This document shows positions 35,946-45,383 of a stretch of 64,000 nt of DNA, piece by piece (the stretch's first letter is position 1; each line of letters starts with the position of its first letter). Made by a program: the position numbers and the translations under genes. The notes under the pieces were generated by a model that searched no databases, was not told the origin of the DNA, and worked only from the letters and a program-made list of their open reading frames with translations. Source of the stretch: Mycobacterium sp. (GTDB lineage: Bacteria > Actinomycetota > Actinomycetes > Mycobacteriales > Mycobacteriaceae); contig NZ_DASSCY010000201.1 in NCBI RefSeq assembly GCF_035697385.1, forward strand, positions 22,462 to 86,461, in the 5' to 3' direction.

Positions 35946-37177
35946 CCTCGTCCGCTCCGCCGAACTCCGCCGAGAATCCCTGGCCCGTTCGTGCCGTGGC
36001 CATCAGGGTGGCGGGCTGGATCGACAAACTCGGCACCGTCTGGGTCGAGGGCCAGCTGACCGAACTGAAGGTGCGGCCCGATTCCAAGACGGTCTTCATG
36101 GTGCTGCGCGACCCGGCCGCCGACATGTCGCTGTCGCTCACCTGCCCGCGCGACCTCGTGCACAACGCGCCGGTCAAGCTATCGGAGGGCGTGCAGGTGG
36201 TGGTGTGCGGCAAGCCGACGTTCTACACCGGCCGTGGCTCGTTTTCCTTGCGGGTCAGCGAGATTCGCGCGGTCGGCATCGGCGAGCTGCTGGCCCGCAT
36301 CGAGCGGCTGCGCCAACTCCTGCACGCCGAGGGGCTGTTCGACCCGCGGCTCAAGCGGCCGATCCCGTTTCTGCCCGACACCATCGGCCTGATCACCGGA
36401 CGCGCGTCCGCCGCCGAACGTGACGTGATGACGGTGGCCACCGGACGCTGGCCCGCCGTGCGATTCGCGGTGCGCAACACCGTAGTCCAGGGACCCAACG
36501 CCGTCGCGCAGGTCGTCGAGGCGCTGCGGGAGTTGGACCGCGACGCGGGCGTTGACGTGATCGTGATCGCCCGCGGTGGCGGCAGCGTCGAGGACCTGCT
36601 GCCGTTCTCCGACGAGACGCTGTGCCGCGCGATCGCCGCGTGCACCACGCCGGTGGTGAGCGCCGTTGGCCATGAACCCGACAACCCGCTGTGCGACCTC
36701 GTCGCCGACCTGCGCGCGGCCACCCCGACCGACGCCGCCAAGCGCATCGTCCCCGACGCCGCGGCCGAGCAGGCGCTCGTCTCCGATCTGCGCCGCCGCA
36801 GCGCGCGGGCCCTTCGCAACTGGGTGCACCGCGAGCAGCACACCCTGTCGGCGCTGCGCAGCCGGCCCGTGCTGGCCCAGCCGCTGGCCGCCCTGACCGC
36901 CAGGGCCGACGAAATCCACCGGGCCCGCGCCGCCGCCCGTCGCGACATCACCCGGCTTGTGGCCGCCGAGGCCGACCGGATCGGACACTTGTCGGCGCGG
37001 CTGTCCACACTGGGGCCTGCGGCCACGCTGGAGCGCGGTTACGCCGTCGTGCAGGCGGTCCCCGACTCCGGCGAGCCCGTGGTCCTGCGGACGACGGACC
37101 ACGCGCCTGCGGGCACCCGGCTGCGGGTCAGGGTCGCCGACGGAGCCATCACCGCGGTCAGCGAGGGTAGAGAATGA
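35942..37177 (+). CDS. xseA: Exodeoxyribonuclease VII large subunit
   Basis: [37 protein letters not shown]. Confidence 0.97.
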   Translation: MTSSAPPNSAENPWPVRAVAIRVAGWIDKLGTVWVEGQLTELKVRPDSKTVFMVLRDPAADMSLSLTCPRDLVHNAPVKLSEGVQVVVCGKPTFYTGRGSFSLRVSEIRAVGIGELLARIERLRQLLHAEGLFDPRLKRPIPFLPDTIGLITGRASAAERDVMTVATGRWPAVRFAVRNTVVQGPNAVAQVVEALRELDRDAGVDVIVIARGGGSVEDLLPFSDETLCRAIAACTTPVVSAVGHEPDNPLCDLVADLRAATPTDAAKRIVPDAAAEQALVSDLRRRSARALRNWVHREQHTLSALRSRPVLAQPLAALTARADEIHRARAAARRDITRLVAAEADRIGHLSARLSTLGPAATLERGYAVVQAVPDSGEPVVLRTTDHAPAGTRLRVRVADGAITAVSEGRE

Positions 37178-37386
37178 AGCCTATTAGTGAACTGGGGTAC
37201 GAAGAGGCCCGCGACGAGCTGATTGAGGTCGTGCAACGGCTCGAGCAGGGCGGACTTGACTTGGACGCGTCGCTCAAACTGTGGGAAAGAGGTGAAGAGC
37301 TGGCTAAATGCTGCGAACAGCATTTAGCTGGCGCCCGCAAGAGAGTCGAGGATGCACTGGCCGCCAAGGAGCCGGAAGAAGGTTGA
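37174..37386 (+). CDS. xseB: Exodeoxyribonuclease VII small subunit
   Basis: [13 protein letters not shown]...[12 protein letters not shown]; ATGA overlap with xseA. Confidence 0.97.
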   Translation: MKPISELGYEEARDELIEVVQRLEQGGLDLDASLKLWERGEELAKCCEQHLAGARKRVEDALAAKEPEEG

Positions 37387-37394
37387 GTTCGAAA

Positions 37395-37416
37395 CGAGTT
37401 TCTGCGAAGAGACTCG
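37395..37416 (+). terminator. 9-bp hairpin with GCGA tetraloop after xseB
   Basis: CGAGTTTCT-GCGA-AGAGACTCG (one G-U pair), 9 nt after the stop. Confidence 0.55.
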
Positions 37417-37417
37417 A

Positions 37418-37437
37418 AATTGAAACACGTTTCAATT
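37418..37437. promoter_or_regulatory. KstR-type operator TGAAACACGTTTCA within the palindrome AATTGAAAC-AC-GTTTCAATT
   Basis: Exact match to TnnAACnnGTTnnA at 37421-37434, directly before the hsd ATG. Confidence 0.85.
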
Positions 37438-38562
37438 ATGCTCGCCGGCATGGGTGACTCAACGCTGACCACCGATCTTGGCCGGGTGCTCGTCACGGGA
37501 GGCTCCGGCTTCGTCGGCGCCAACCTGGTGAGCGAACTGCTCGACCGCGGGCATGAGGTCCGCTCGTTCGACCGTGCCCCCTCCCCGCTGCCTGCTCACC
37601 CGCGGCTGCAGGTGATCGAAGGCGACATCTGCGACGAGGACACCGTGGCCGGCGCCGTCGACGGCATCGACACGATCATCCACACCGCGGCCATCATCGA
37701 TCTGATGGGCGGCGCGTCGGTCACCGAGGAGTACCGGCGGCGAAGCTTCGCGGTCAACGTCGACGGCACGAAGAACCTGGTGCATGCCGCACAGATCGCC
37801 GGGGTGAAGCGGTTCGTGTACACCGCATCCAACAGCGTTGTGATGGGTGGCGAGAAAATCTCCGGCGGCGACGAAACTCTGCCCTACACAAAGCGATTCA
37901 ACGATCTTTACACCGAGACCAAGGTGGTCGCTGAGCGATTCGTGTTGTCACAGAACGGCGTTGACGACCTGCTTACGTGTTCCATCCGGCCCAGCGGCAT
38001 CTGGGGCCGCGGTGATCAGACGATGTTCCGCAAGGTTTTCGAGAACGTGCTGGCGGGCCACATCAAGGTGTTGGTCGGCAGCAAGCGCGTCAAGCTCGAT
38101 AACTCTTACGTACACAACCTGATTCACGGCTTCATCCTTGCCGCGGAGCATCTGGTTCCCGGCGGAACCGCACCCGGGCAGGCGTACTTCATCAACGACG
38201 GCGAGCCGATCAACATGTTCGAGTTCTCGCGGCCGGTGGTCGAGGCGTGCGGACAACCGTGGCCGAAGCTCTGGGTGTCCGGACGGCTGGTGAAGTTCAT
38301 TATGACAGTGTGGCAGTGGTTCCACTTCCGCTTCGGCCTGCCCAAACCGCTGCTGGAACCCCTTGCGGTGGAACGGCTTTACCTCGACAACTACTTCTCG
38401 ATCGCCAAGGCTCAGCGCGACCTCGGATACCAGCCCCTGTTCACCACCGAACAGGCGATGGCCGAATGCCTGCCCTACTACGTCGACCTCTTCCACCAGA
38501 TGAAGGCCGAAGCGACGCCGCACGCGGTCACCCTGGTCACCGAAGAGCCTGCAGTGGGCTGA
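37438..38562 (+). CDS. hsd: 3-beta-hydroxysteroid dehydrogenase/isomerase (Rv1106c ortholog)
   Basis: MLAGMGD.LTT.LGRVLVTGGSGFVG, YTASNSVV, YTETK, RPSGIWG; synteny. Confidence 0.93.
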   Translation: MLAGMGDSTLTTDLGRVLVTGGSGFVGANLVSELLDRGHEVRSFDRAPSPLPAHPRLQVIEGDICDEDTVAGAVDGIDTIIHTAAIIDLMGGASVTEEYRRRSFAVNVDGTKNLVHAAQIAGVKRFVYTASNSVVMGGEKISGGDETLPYTKRFNDLYTETKVVAERFVLSQNGVDDLLTCSIRPSGIWGRGDQTMFRKVFENVLAGHIKVLVGSKRVKLDNSYVHNLIHGFILAAEHLVPGGTAPGQAYFINDGEPINMFEFSRPVVEACGQPWPKLWVSGRLVKFIMTVWQWFHFRFGLPKPLLEPLAVERLYLDNYFSIAKAQRDLGYQPLFTTEQAMAECLPYYVDLFHQMKAEATPHAVTLVTEEPAVG

Positions 38563-38587
38563 GCGCCCCTCCGCTTGGCCGAACGCC

Positions 38588-38872
38588 TCAGCGGTAGAGG
38601 TGCACCGGCCGGTGGGTCGTCTGCTCGATCCGCGACGACGCGCTTTGCAGCAGCTCGGTGCCCAGCGCGATCAGGCCCCTGGCCGCGGCAATCTCCTCGC
38701 CGATCATCGGCTGGCTGCTGTCCTTGGGGTTGCGGTAGGCATCGCCACGGGCGGTCAGTGTGTCGTCGTCGCCCCGCTTGGCGCGCACCGTCGCATGCGT
38801 GTGGGTTTCGTCCTCGTCGAACTCGACCTCGACGTGCCACTTGTGGTCCAGATTCTTGTCGTACATCGCCAT
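38588..38872 (-). CDS. DUF1876 / dsRBD-fold small protein
   Basis: WHVEV.FDEDE..T.A, G.AYRNP.D...P.IGEEIAAARGL. Confidence 0.85.
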   Translation of the reverse strand: MAMYDKNLDHKWHVEVEFDEDETHTHATVRAKRGDDDTLTARGDAYRNPKDSSQPMIGEEIAAARGLIALGTELLQSASSRIEQTTHRPVHLYR

Positions 38873-38925
38873 CACCTTCCCTTTACCAGGGTGCGCCGCA
38901 AGCTAGCGGTCGACAAGAGGCAGGC

Positions 38926-39384
38926 TTATCTGGCCTCGGAGGCCCCGGCAGCGGTCGCCGATTGCCGGATGAGCGTCCGCAGCACGGGCACGCTCATCGG
39001 TTGTGTGCCGTCGCTGACCGCGCGCAGGATGTGCAGCGCGGCGTCACTGCGGGTGGCGGGTGGCACGACGTAGAGCACGGCGTTGCGCGCGTGCGTGCCG
39101 ACGAGGTAGATCGTGTCGCGCGAGACCATTGCGTAGGGGTCGACGGAGATCACGGCGGTACCCCGGATGATCCGCGACGGTGCATGCGGCCACATCGAAG
39201 GGTCGTATACGACGCGATGTACCGGGCCGACCACCAAACCAAGAACGGCGACGAGGTCGGGCAGCTGCGTCCTCAGATCGGAGTTGCTGGGCCACCACGC
39301 GCCGTCGACGGCGCCGGGAAGGGTAGAACGCTCACACAACGCCAACCGGGCCGCACCTGAGGTCTGGGACGCGATTTGCACCAT
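38926..39384 (-). CDS. DUF5994 family protein
   Basis: RL.L......GAVDGAWWP...DL..QLPDL...L......RV.Y....W. Confidence 0.8.
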   Translation of the reverse strand: MVQIASQTSGAARLALCERSTLPGAVDGAWWPSNSDLRTQLPDLVAVLGLVVGPVHRVVYDPSMWPHAPSRIIRGTAVISVDPYAMVSRDTIYLVGTHARNAVLYVVPPATRSDAALHILRAVSDGTQPMSVPVLRTLIRQSATAAGASEAR

Positions 39385-39791
39385 TAGAGGTGCTCCCGTC
39401 AGCTATAAGAGCAATCGCAGACGGTAACCGAAGTTGCGGACACGCGACAAACCTACGATTCATCAAGGATAGCCCACGGCCCTGTATGCACCGGCGCCTC
39501 ACCGCGGCACCAATCGTGCGATACGTCGAATCAAAAGGGCCACAAAGCATTTATCGAACTCGATCAAATGCACGCCGAAATGGGCGCCAACTCGTGGCAT
39601 CGACTAGGAAAAGTAGTCGAAATGGCGGGAAAATCAACCTCTTGCACTAGCTCACCGGAGAGCTCGGACCGCTTTGTCGACCACATTCCTCGAGAGGTTC
39701 GAGAATTTCCGCCGCGACGTCAACCGGCAAGCTCTAGCGTCGAGGAAGCCGACGAGAAGCTGCGCAAGATTCCTAGCAAAGGACTAAGACC

Positions 39792-41336
39792 ATGCCTGAT
39801 TCCAAGCCCAATATCCTGGTCATCTGGGGCGACGACATCGGGATCTCGAACCTGAGTTGTTACAGCAGGGGGATGATGGGTTACTTCACGCCCAACATTG
39901 ACCGGATCGCCGATGAGGGAATGCTTTTCACCGATTCCTACGGTGAGCAGAGCTGCACCGCCGGTCGTTCGTCCTTCATCACCGGCCAGAGCGTCTACCG
40001 CACCGGGATGAGCAAGGTGGGGATGCCCGGCATGGATATCGGACTGCAGAACGAAGATCCGACGATCGCCGAGCTGCTCAAGCCTCTGGGGTACGCGACC
40101 GGCCAATTCGGCAAGAACCACCTCGGTGACCTCAACAAGTACTTGCCCACTGCGCACGGGTTCGACGAGTTCTTCGGCAACCTCTATCACCTCAACGCCG
40201 AGGAGGAACCCGAGAACGCGGATTACCCCACCGAGGCAGAGGCGCCGATATTGCGCAGAGCCCTGCTCCCGCGTGGTGTCATCCACTCTTGGGCCACCGA
40301 TGAAGACTCTGGCGAGGTGGACGATCGCTACGGCCCGGTGGGAAAGCAGCGGATCGAGGACACCGGACCGCTGACCAAGAAGCGGATGGAGACTATCGAC
40401 GACGAGACCACCGGCGCCTGTGTCGATTTCATCCGGCGCCAGCATGAAGCCGAAACGCCGTTCTTTGTGTGGATGAACATGACGCACATGCACTTCCGGA
40501 CCCACACCAAGCCGGAGAGTCTCGGCCAGTCCGGTCGGTGGCAGTCGCCCTACCACGACACGATGATCGACCACGACCGCAATGTTGGTCAGCTGCTTGA
40601 CCTTGTCGACGAACTCGGGATCGCCGAGGACACCATCGTCATCTACAGCACCGACAACGGCCCACACGCGAACAGCTGGCCAGACGGCGCGACCACGCCG
40701 TTCCGCAGCGAGAAGGCCACCAACTGGGAAGGCGCGTTCCGAATCCCCGAGATGATCCGCTGGACCGGCAAGATCAAGCCCCGCTCGGTGTCGAACGAAA
40801 TTGTGCAGCACCATGATTGGCTGCCGACATTCTTGGCCGCCGCCGGCGAACCGGACATCGTCGACAAACTCAAGAAGGGCCACAAGGCCGGAGATATGAC
40901 CTACAAGGTCCACATCGACGGCTACAACCTGCTGCCGTACCTGACCGGTGACGTGGACAAGAGCCCACGGCGCGGAATGATCTACTTCTCCGACGACTGC
41001 GACGTGCTGGGGATCCGCGCGGAGAACTGGAAGGTGGTCTTCCAAGAGCAGCGGTGTCAGGGCACCCTCCAGATCTGGTTCGAACCGTTCACGCCGCTGC
41101 GCGCCCCGAAGTTGTTCAACCTGCGCACAGACCCATTCGAGCGCGCAGACATCACGTCAAACACCTACTGGGACTGGGTGATCGATCGCATCTACCTCGT
41201 GTTGTACGGCTCGGCGATCGCGACGCAGTTCCTTGAGACGTTCAAGGAGTTCCCCCCGCGCCAGGAACCGGCGACGTTCACCATCAACCACGCGGTGGAA
41301 GAACTGAACAAGTTCCTGGCCTCCCGAGGCGGCTGA
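39792..41336 (+). CDS. Arylsulfatase (formylglycine-dependent sulfatase family)
   Basis: WGDDIG, EQSCTAGR (CxAxR), FGKNHLG, STDNG, HHDWLPT. Confidence 0.93.
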   Translation: MPDSKPNILVIWGDDIGISNLSCYSRGMMGYFTPNIDRIADEGMLFTDSYGEQSCTAGRSSFITGQSVYRTGMSKVGMPGMDIGLQNEDPTIAELLKPLGYATGQFGKNHLGDLNKYLPTAHGFDEFFGNLYHLNAEEEPENADYPTEAEAPILRRALLPRGVIHSWATDEDSGEVDDRYGPVGKQRIEDTGPLTKKRMETIDDETTGACVDFIRRQHEAETPFFVWMNMTHMHFRTHTKPESLGQSGRWQSPYHDTMIDHDRNVGQLLDLVDELGIAEDTIVIYSTDNGPHANSWPDGATTPFRSEKATNWEGAFRIPEMIRWTGKIKPRSVSNEIVQHHDWLPTFLAAAGEPDIVDKLKKGHKAGDMTYKVHIDGYNLLPYLTGDVDKSPRRGMIYFSDDCDVLGIRAENWKVVFQEQRCQGTLQIWFEPFTPLRAPKLFNLRTDPFERADITSNTYWDWVIDRIYLVLYGSAIATQFLETFKEFPPRQEPATFTINHAVEELNKFLASRGG

Positions 41337-41338
41337 CC

Positions 41339-42250
41339 GTGGCAGAACTGCAATCATGGGCCACCGGCACCACGACGTCGGCGATCGTCGACTTCGTGGC
41401 ACGCGTGACCACCGAGGGGCCGGACTTCGTCGAGCCCGAAGCACGTGTCGCCGTCTTCGACAACGACGGCACCCTGTGGTGTGAGAAGCCGGCGTACATC
41501 CAGCTGTACTTCATCGTCTACCGGCTGGCGGAGAAGGCGGCGGCCGTCCCGTCGCTGCGCGAAGAGCAGCCATTTCGAGCAGCAGCCGACGGCGATATGA
41601 ACTGGTTCGGCGCCGCCGTCACCAAGCACTACCAGGGCGACGACAGCGACATGAATACCCTCATGTTCGCCGCTCTGTCATTGCACGATTCGGTATCCGT
41701 GGATCAATTCGCCGAGCTGGTGGCAGCGTTCTTCGACCGTGCAAAGCATCCGACGCTGGGCAGGCTCTATCGCGACTGCACCTATGCACCGATGGTGGAA
41801 TTGCTGCGCTATCTGGAGGCCAACGACTTCACGTGCTACATCGTCTCGGGCGGCGGCCGTGACTTCATGCGACCGATCACCAGCGCCATCTACGGCATCC
41901 CGCCGGAGCGTGTGATTGGCAGCGCTCAGGCGCTGCGCTTCGTGGGCCGCGACGGCGACGGCGAGTTGCTCATCACGCCCGCGCTGGACATCTTCGACGA
42001 CGGGCCCGAAAAGCCCGTTCGCATCTGGAGCCGCATGGGGCGACGGCCCATCGTCGCCGTCGGCAACTCCAACGGCGACGACGAGATGTTGCAGTACTGC
42101 CGCGGCTTGCGGCTGTTGGTGCTGCACGACGATGCGGAGCGCGAATTCGATTACACCGCAGGGGCAGAACGTGCGCTTGAGCACGCTGATCAGTACGGCT
42201 GGACGGTCGTCAGCATGAAGAACGACTGGACATGCGTCTTCAGTGACTGA
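41339..42250 (+). CDS. HAD family hydrolase
   Basis: VFDNDGTLW (DxD), VSGG, KP, GNSNGDDEML. Confidence 0.88.
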   Translation: MAELQSWATGTTTSAIVDFVARVTTEGPDFVEPEARVAVFDNDGTLWCEKPAYIQLYFIVYRLAEKAAAVPSLREEQPFRAAADGDMNWFGAAVTKHYQGDDSDMNTLMFAALSLHDSVSVDQFAELVAAFFDRAKHPTLGRLYRDCTYAPMVELLRYLEANDFTCYIVSGGGRDFMRPITSAIYGIPPERVIGSAQALRFVGRDGDGELLITPALDIFDDGPEKPVRIWSRMGRRPIVAVGNSNGDDEMLQYCRGLRLLVLHDDAEREFDYTAGAERALEHADQYGWTVVSMKNDWTCVFSD

Positions 42251-43121
42251 CGACTTCGCCTGGATACCCGCGCAGACCGCGACCCTGGGATCCGATCAGC
42301 ACTACCCCGAGGAGGGGCCCGCTCGTCCCGTGACCGTGGACGGATTCTGGATACAGACCGTGCAGGTGACGAACGTGCAGTTCACCGAATTCGTCGCTGC
42401 GACAGGCTATCTCACCGTGGCCGAGCGGCCACTGAACCCGGTTGACTACCCCGACGCACCGGCTGAGAACCTGCAGCCGGGTTCCATGGTGTTCACCCGC
42501 ACGACGGGCCCGGTCGATCTGCGGCACCTGAACCTGTGGTGGACCTGGACGCCAGGCGCATCGTGGCAACATCCGGTTGGCCCGCACTCGTCGATCGACA
42601 AGCGAGCAGACCACCCGGTGGTGCATGTCGCCTATGAGGACGCCGAGGCGTACGCGGCCTGGGCCGGACTGTCACTGCCGACCGAAGCGGAGTGGGAGAC
42701 CGCCGCCCGGGGCGGACTCGAGCACGCAACGTACACGTGGGGTGACGAACCGGAGCAGCAGGGCGAGCGGCTGGCCAACTACTGGCACGGCGACTTCCCG
42801 TGGCGTCCCGACCGCGGGTACGGCCGCACCAGTCCGGTCGGCAGCTTCCCTCCCAACGGCTATGGGTTGTTCGACATGGCGGGCAACGTGTGGGAGTGGA
42901 CCACCGATTGGTACGTCGACACCCGCGCCGCCTCGTCGTGCTGCGAAGCGGACAGCTACGACCCGCGGCAGCCGCAGTTCCGGGTGCCCCGCAAGGTCGT
43001 CAAGGGCGGCTCGTTCCTGTGCGCCGACAATTACTGCCTGCGCTACCGGCCCGCCGCCCGCCGGCCGCAGCCCGTCGATACCGGTATGAGCCACATCGGC
43101 TTTCGCTGCGTCAAGCGCTGA
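42243..43121 (+). CDS. Formylglycine-generating enzyme (SUMF1 family)
   Basis: HPVVHV.YEDA.AYA.W, LPTEAEWE, DMAGNVWEW, GGSFLCADNYCLRYRPAAR, HIGFRC. Confidence 0.93.
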   Translation: MTDDFAWIPAQTATLGSDQHYPEEGPARPVTVDGFWIQTVQVTNVQFTEFVAATGYLTVAERPLNPVDYPDAPAENLQPGSMVFTRTTGPVDLRHLNLWWTWTPGASWQHPVGPHSSIDKRADHPVVHVAYEDAEAYAAWAGLSLPTEAEWETAARGGLEHATYTWGDEPEQQGERLANYWHGDFPWRPDRGYGRTSPVGSFPPNGYGLFDMAGNVWEWTTDWYVDTRAASSCCEADSYDPRQPQFRVPRKVVKGGSFLCADNYCLRYRPAARRPQPVDTGMSHIGFRCVKR

Positions 43122-43129
43122 ACCCCCAC

Positions 43130-43192
43130 CGCCGAAACGGTATTCCGGCAGAGAAAGTTCGAGAAGAGGCCTGCCGGAATACAGTTTCGGCG
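43130..43192. repeat. REP-like long hairpin / bidirectional terminator between convergent genes
   Basis: 22-bp arms CGCCGAAACggTATTCCGGCAG and CTGCCGGAATAcaGTTTCGGCG around a 19-nt loop. Confidence 0.8.
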
Positions 43193-43194
43193 AA

Positions 43195-43656
43195 TTAGGA
43201 CTCGGCGGCTTCCTTGATCGCCCCCAGCGTCGCAGGGATGCCAGTTCGGGCCGATTCGCGACGATTCTCGATCTGCGCGTCAGCCTCGGCGCCCCACCGC
43301 TCGCGGAACCCGGCGATGCCAGGCGGCAGGAACTCCCACGACTCGGTGAGCCGGGTGCCGCCCTCATCGGGCTCGAACGTGTATCCCCAGCGGACCCAGC
43401 CGTTGTTGACCTCCCACGCAAACTCTCGACCGGGATCGGCGGCCACCACCTGACAACGGGTCTCCCACGTCCTCCCCGGGACCTCGTTGCGGCCGGTGAA
43501 CCACGCGCCCACGCGCGGGCCGTCTCCCTCGTCCCACCAGCAGGCCCGGCAGATCGGGCTCCAGTCGCCCATCCTCGTCACATCCGACACCAGCGCATAC
43601 AGCTCATTGGGTGTCGCGGCCACGGAAATCGATTCGGATATCTTCAAATCGGTCAC
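43195..43656 (-). CDS. SRPBCC family protein
   Basis: LYALVSDVTRMGDWSP, GAWFTGRN, V...PGREFAW, TRLTESW. Confidence 0.9.
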   Translation of the reverse strand: MTDLKISESISVAATPNELYALVSDVTRMGDWSPICRACWWDEGDGPRVGAWFTGRNEVPGRTWETRCQVVAADPGREFAWEVNNGWVRWGYTFEPDEGGTRLTESWEFLPPGIAGFRERWGAEADAQIENRRESARTGIPATLGAIKEAAES

Positions 43657-43701
43657 GAGTCGAGTCTGCTCTATTGCACTTTCGGCCCGCGAGTGTGAAG
43701 T

Positions 43702-43715
43702 TGGAACACGTTCTA
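43702..43715. promoter_or_regulatory. KstR-type operator TGGAACACGTTCTA
   Basis: Exact match to TnnAACnnGTTnnA between the divergent SRPBCC and SDR genes. Confidence 0.85.
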
Positions 43716-43739
43716 CTTCGCCGTCGAAGGGCCCACCGG

Positions 43740-44513
43740 ATGAGCAAAAGTAGTGAGCGCGTCGCCGTCGTCATCGGCGGCGCCTCCGGGATCGGGTGGG
43801 CGACGGCCCGCGCCCTTGCCCACGAAGGGTGCCGTGTCACGGTGGCCGACCGCAACGCCGGCGGCGCACGAAACCGGGCAGCCGAGCTGGGCGACCCGCA
43901 CACCGCCGCGCACGTCGAGGTCACCGACGAGCAGTCGGTGCAACAGCTTTTCGACCAAACCGGGCCGCTCGACGTCGTGGTCAACTGCGCCGGGTTTTCC
44001 AACGTCGGCATGATCACCGACATGCCGGTCGACGAGTTTCGCTCGGTCGTCGACGTCTGCCTCACCGGCGCGTTCATCGTCGCCAAGCACGCCGGCCGCC
44101 ACCTGACCGACGGCGGGGCGCTGGTGTCCATCAGCTCGCTGAACGGCCGCCAGCCCGCCGCAGGGATGAGCGCCTACTGCTCGGCCAAGGCCGGCCTTTC
44201 GATGCTCACCCAGGTCGCGGCATTGGAGTTCGGACCGCGCGGCATCCGGGTCAACGCCGTGGCGCCCGGGTTCGTCCACACCCCGCTCACCGAACCGGCC
44301 GCGTCGGTGCCTGGCGTCGTCGAGGATTATCTGGACAACACCGCGCTCGGCCGCGCAGGCACACCCGAGGACATCGCCGAGGCGGTGCTGTACCTGTGCT
44401 CACCGAAATCCTCCTGGCTGACCGGCGAGGTGCTCGACCTCAACGGCGGCGCGCACCTGAAACGCTATCCGGACCTCATGAGCCACGTCATGAAACTTGT
44501 GAACTCCCAATGA
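43740..44513 (+). CDS. Short-chain dehydrogenase/reductase, probably NAD(H)
   Basis: IGGASGIG, VADR, NCAG, YCSAK, NAVAPG; start trimmed to MSKSSER. Confidence 0.9.
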   Translation: MSKSSERVAVVIGGASGIGWATARALAHEGCRVTVADRNAGGARNRAAELGDPHTAAHVEVTDEQSVQQLFDQTGPLDVVVNCAGFSNVGMITDMPVDEFRSVVDVCLTGAFIVAKHAGRHLTDGGALVSISSLNGRQPAAGMSAYCSAKAGLSMLTQVAALEFGPRGIRVNAVAPGFVHTPLTEPAASVPGVVEDYLDNTALGRAGTPEDIAEAVLYLCSPKSSWLTGEVLDLNGGAHLKRYPDLMSHVMKLVNSQ

Positions 44514-45340
44514 GTTTCGCAGGCAAGCAGGCGATCGTCACCGGGGCCGGTTCTGGCATCGGCGCGGCACTGTGCAGGGCACTTGTCAGCGCGGGCGCCG
44601 AAGTGGTCTGCACCGACATCGACGGTGACGCCGCCGCGCGCACCGCCGCCGCGCTTGGCACCGGCGCGCATGCGGCCCGCCTCGACGTGACCGACGCGGC
44701 CGCCGTGCAGTCGGCCGTCGACGAGGTGGTCAACCGCAGTGGCCGGCTGGACCTGTTGTTCAACAACGCCGGCATCGTATGGGGTGGCGATTCCGAGTTG
44801 CTCACGCTCGAGCAGTGGAACGCAATCATCGACGTCAACATCCGCGGCGTCGTGCACGGCGTAGCCGCGGCCTACCCGCTGATGGTCCGGCAGGGCCACG
44901 GCCACATCGTCAACACCGCGTCGATGGCCGGGCTCACCGCGGCCGGGCAGATCACCAGCTATGTGATGACAAAGCACGCCGTCGTCGGCCTGTCTCTGGC
45001 ATTACGATCCGAGGCCGTCGCGCGCGGAGTCGGCGTGCTGGTCGTCTGCCCTTCCGCCGTCGAGACCCCCATCCTCGACAAGGGCGCCATCAACGGCTTC
45101 GTCGGCCGCGACTATTTCCTGCAGGGCCAGGGCGTCAAGACGGCCTACGACCCCGACCGCCTCGCGCGCGACACCCTTCGCGCCATCGAACGCAACAAGG
45201 CCGTGCTGGTGAAACCGCGACGCGCCCACGCCCAATGGGTGTTGGCCCGGCTCGCGCCAGGCCTGATGCAGCGCATGTCGGTCGGTTTCATCGAACGGCA
45301 GCGAGCCAGCCAGTCGAGGGCGCGCACAGAAATTCACTGA
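44510..45340 (+). CDS. Short-chain dehydrogenase/reductase, probably NAD(H)
   Basis: TGAGSGIG, TDID, NNAG, YVMTK; ATGA overlap with the previous SDR. Confidence 0.9.
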   Translation: MSFAGKQAIVTGAGSGIGAALCRALVSAGAEVVCTDIDGDAAARTAAALGTGAHAARLDVTDAAAVQSAVDEVVNRSGRLDLLFNNAGIVWGGDSELLTLEQWNAIIDVNIRGVVHGVAAAYPLMVRQGHGHIVNTASMAGLTAAGQITSYVMTKHAVVGLSLALRSEAVARGVGVLVVCPSAVETPILDKGAINGFVGRDYFLQGQGVKTAYDPDRLARDTLRAIERNKAVLVKPRRAHAQWVLARLAPGLMQRMSVGFIERQRASQSRARTEIH

Positions 45341-45383
45341 GCAAATCCCCTGTCAGGCCGCCCGACCTGACTACCGTCACATC

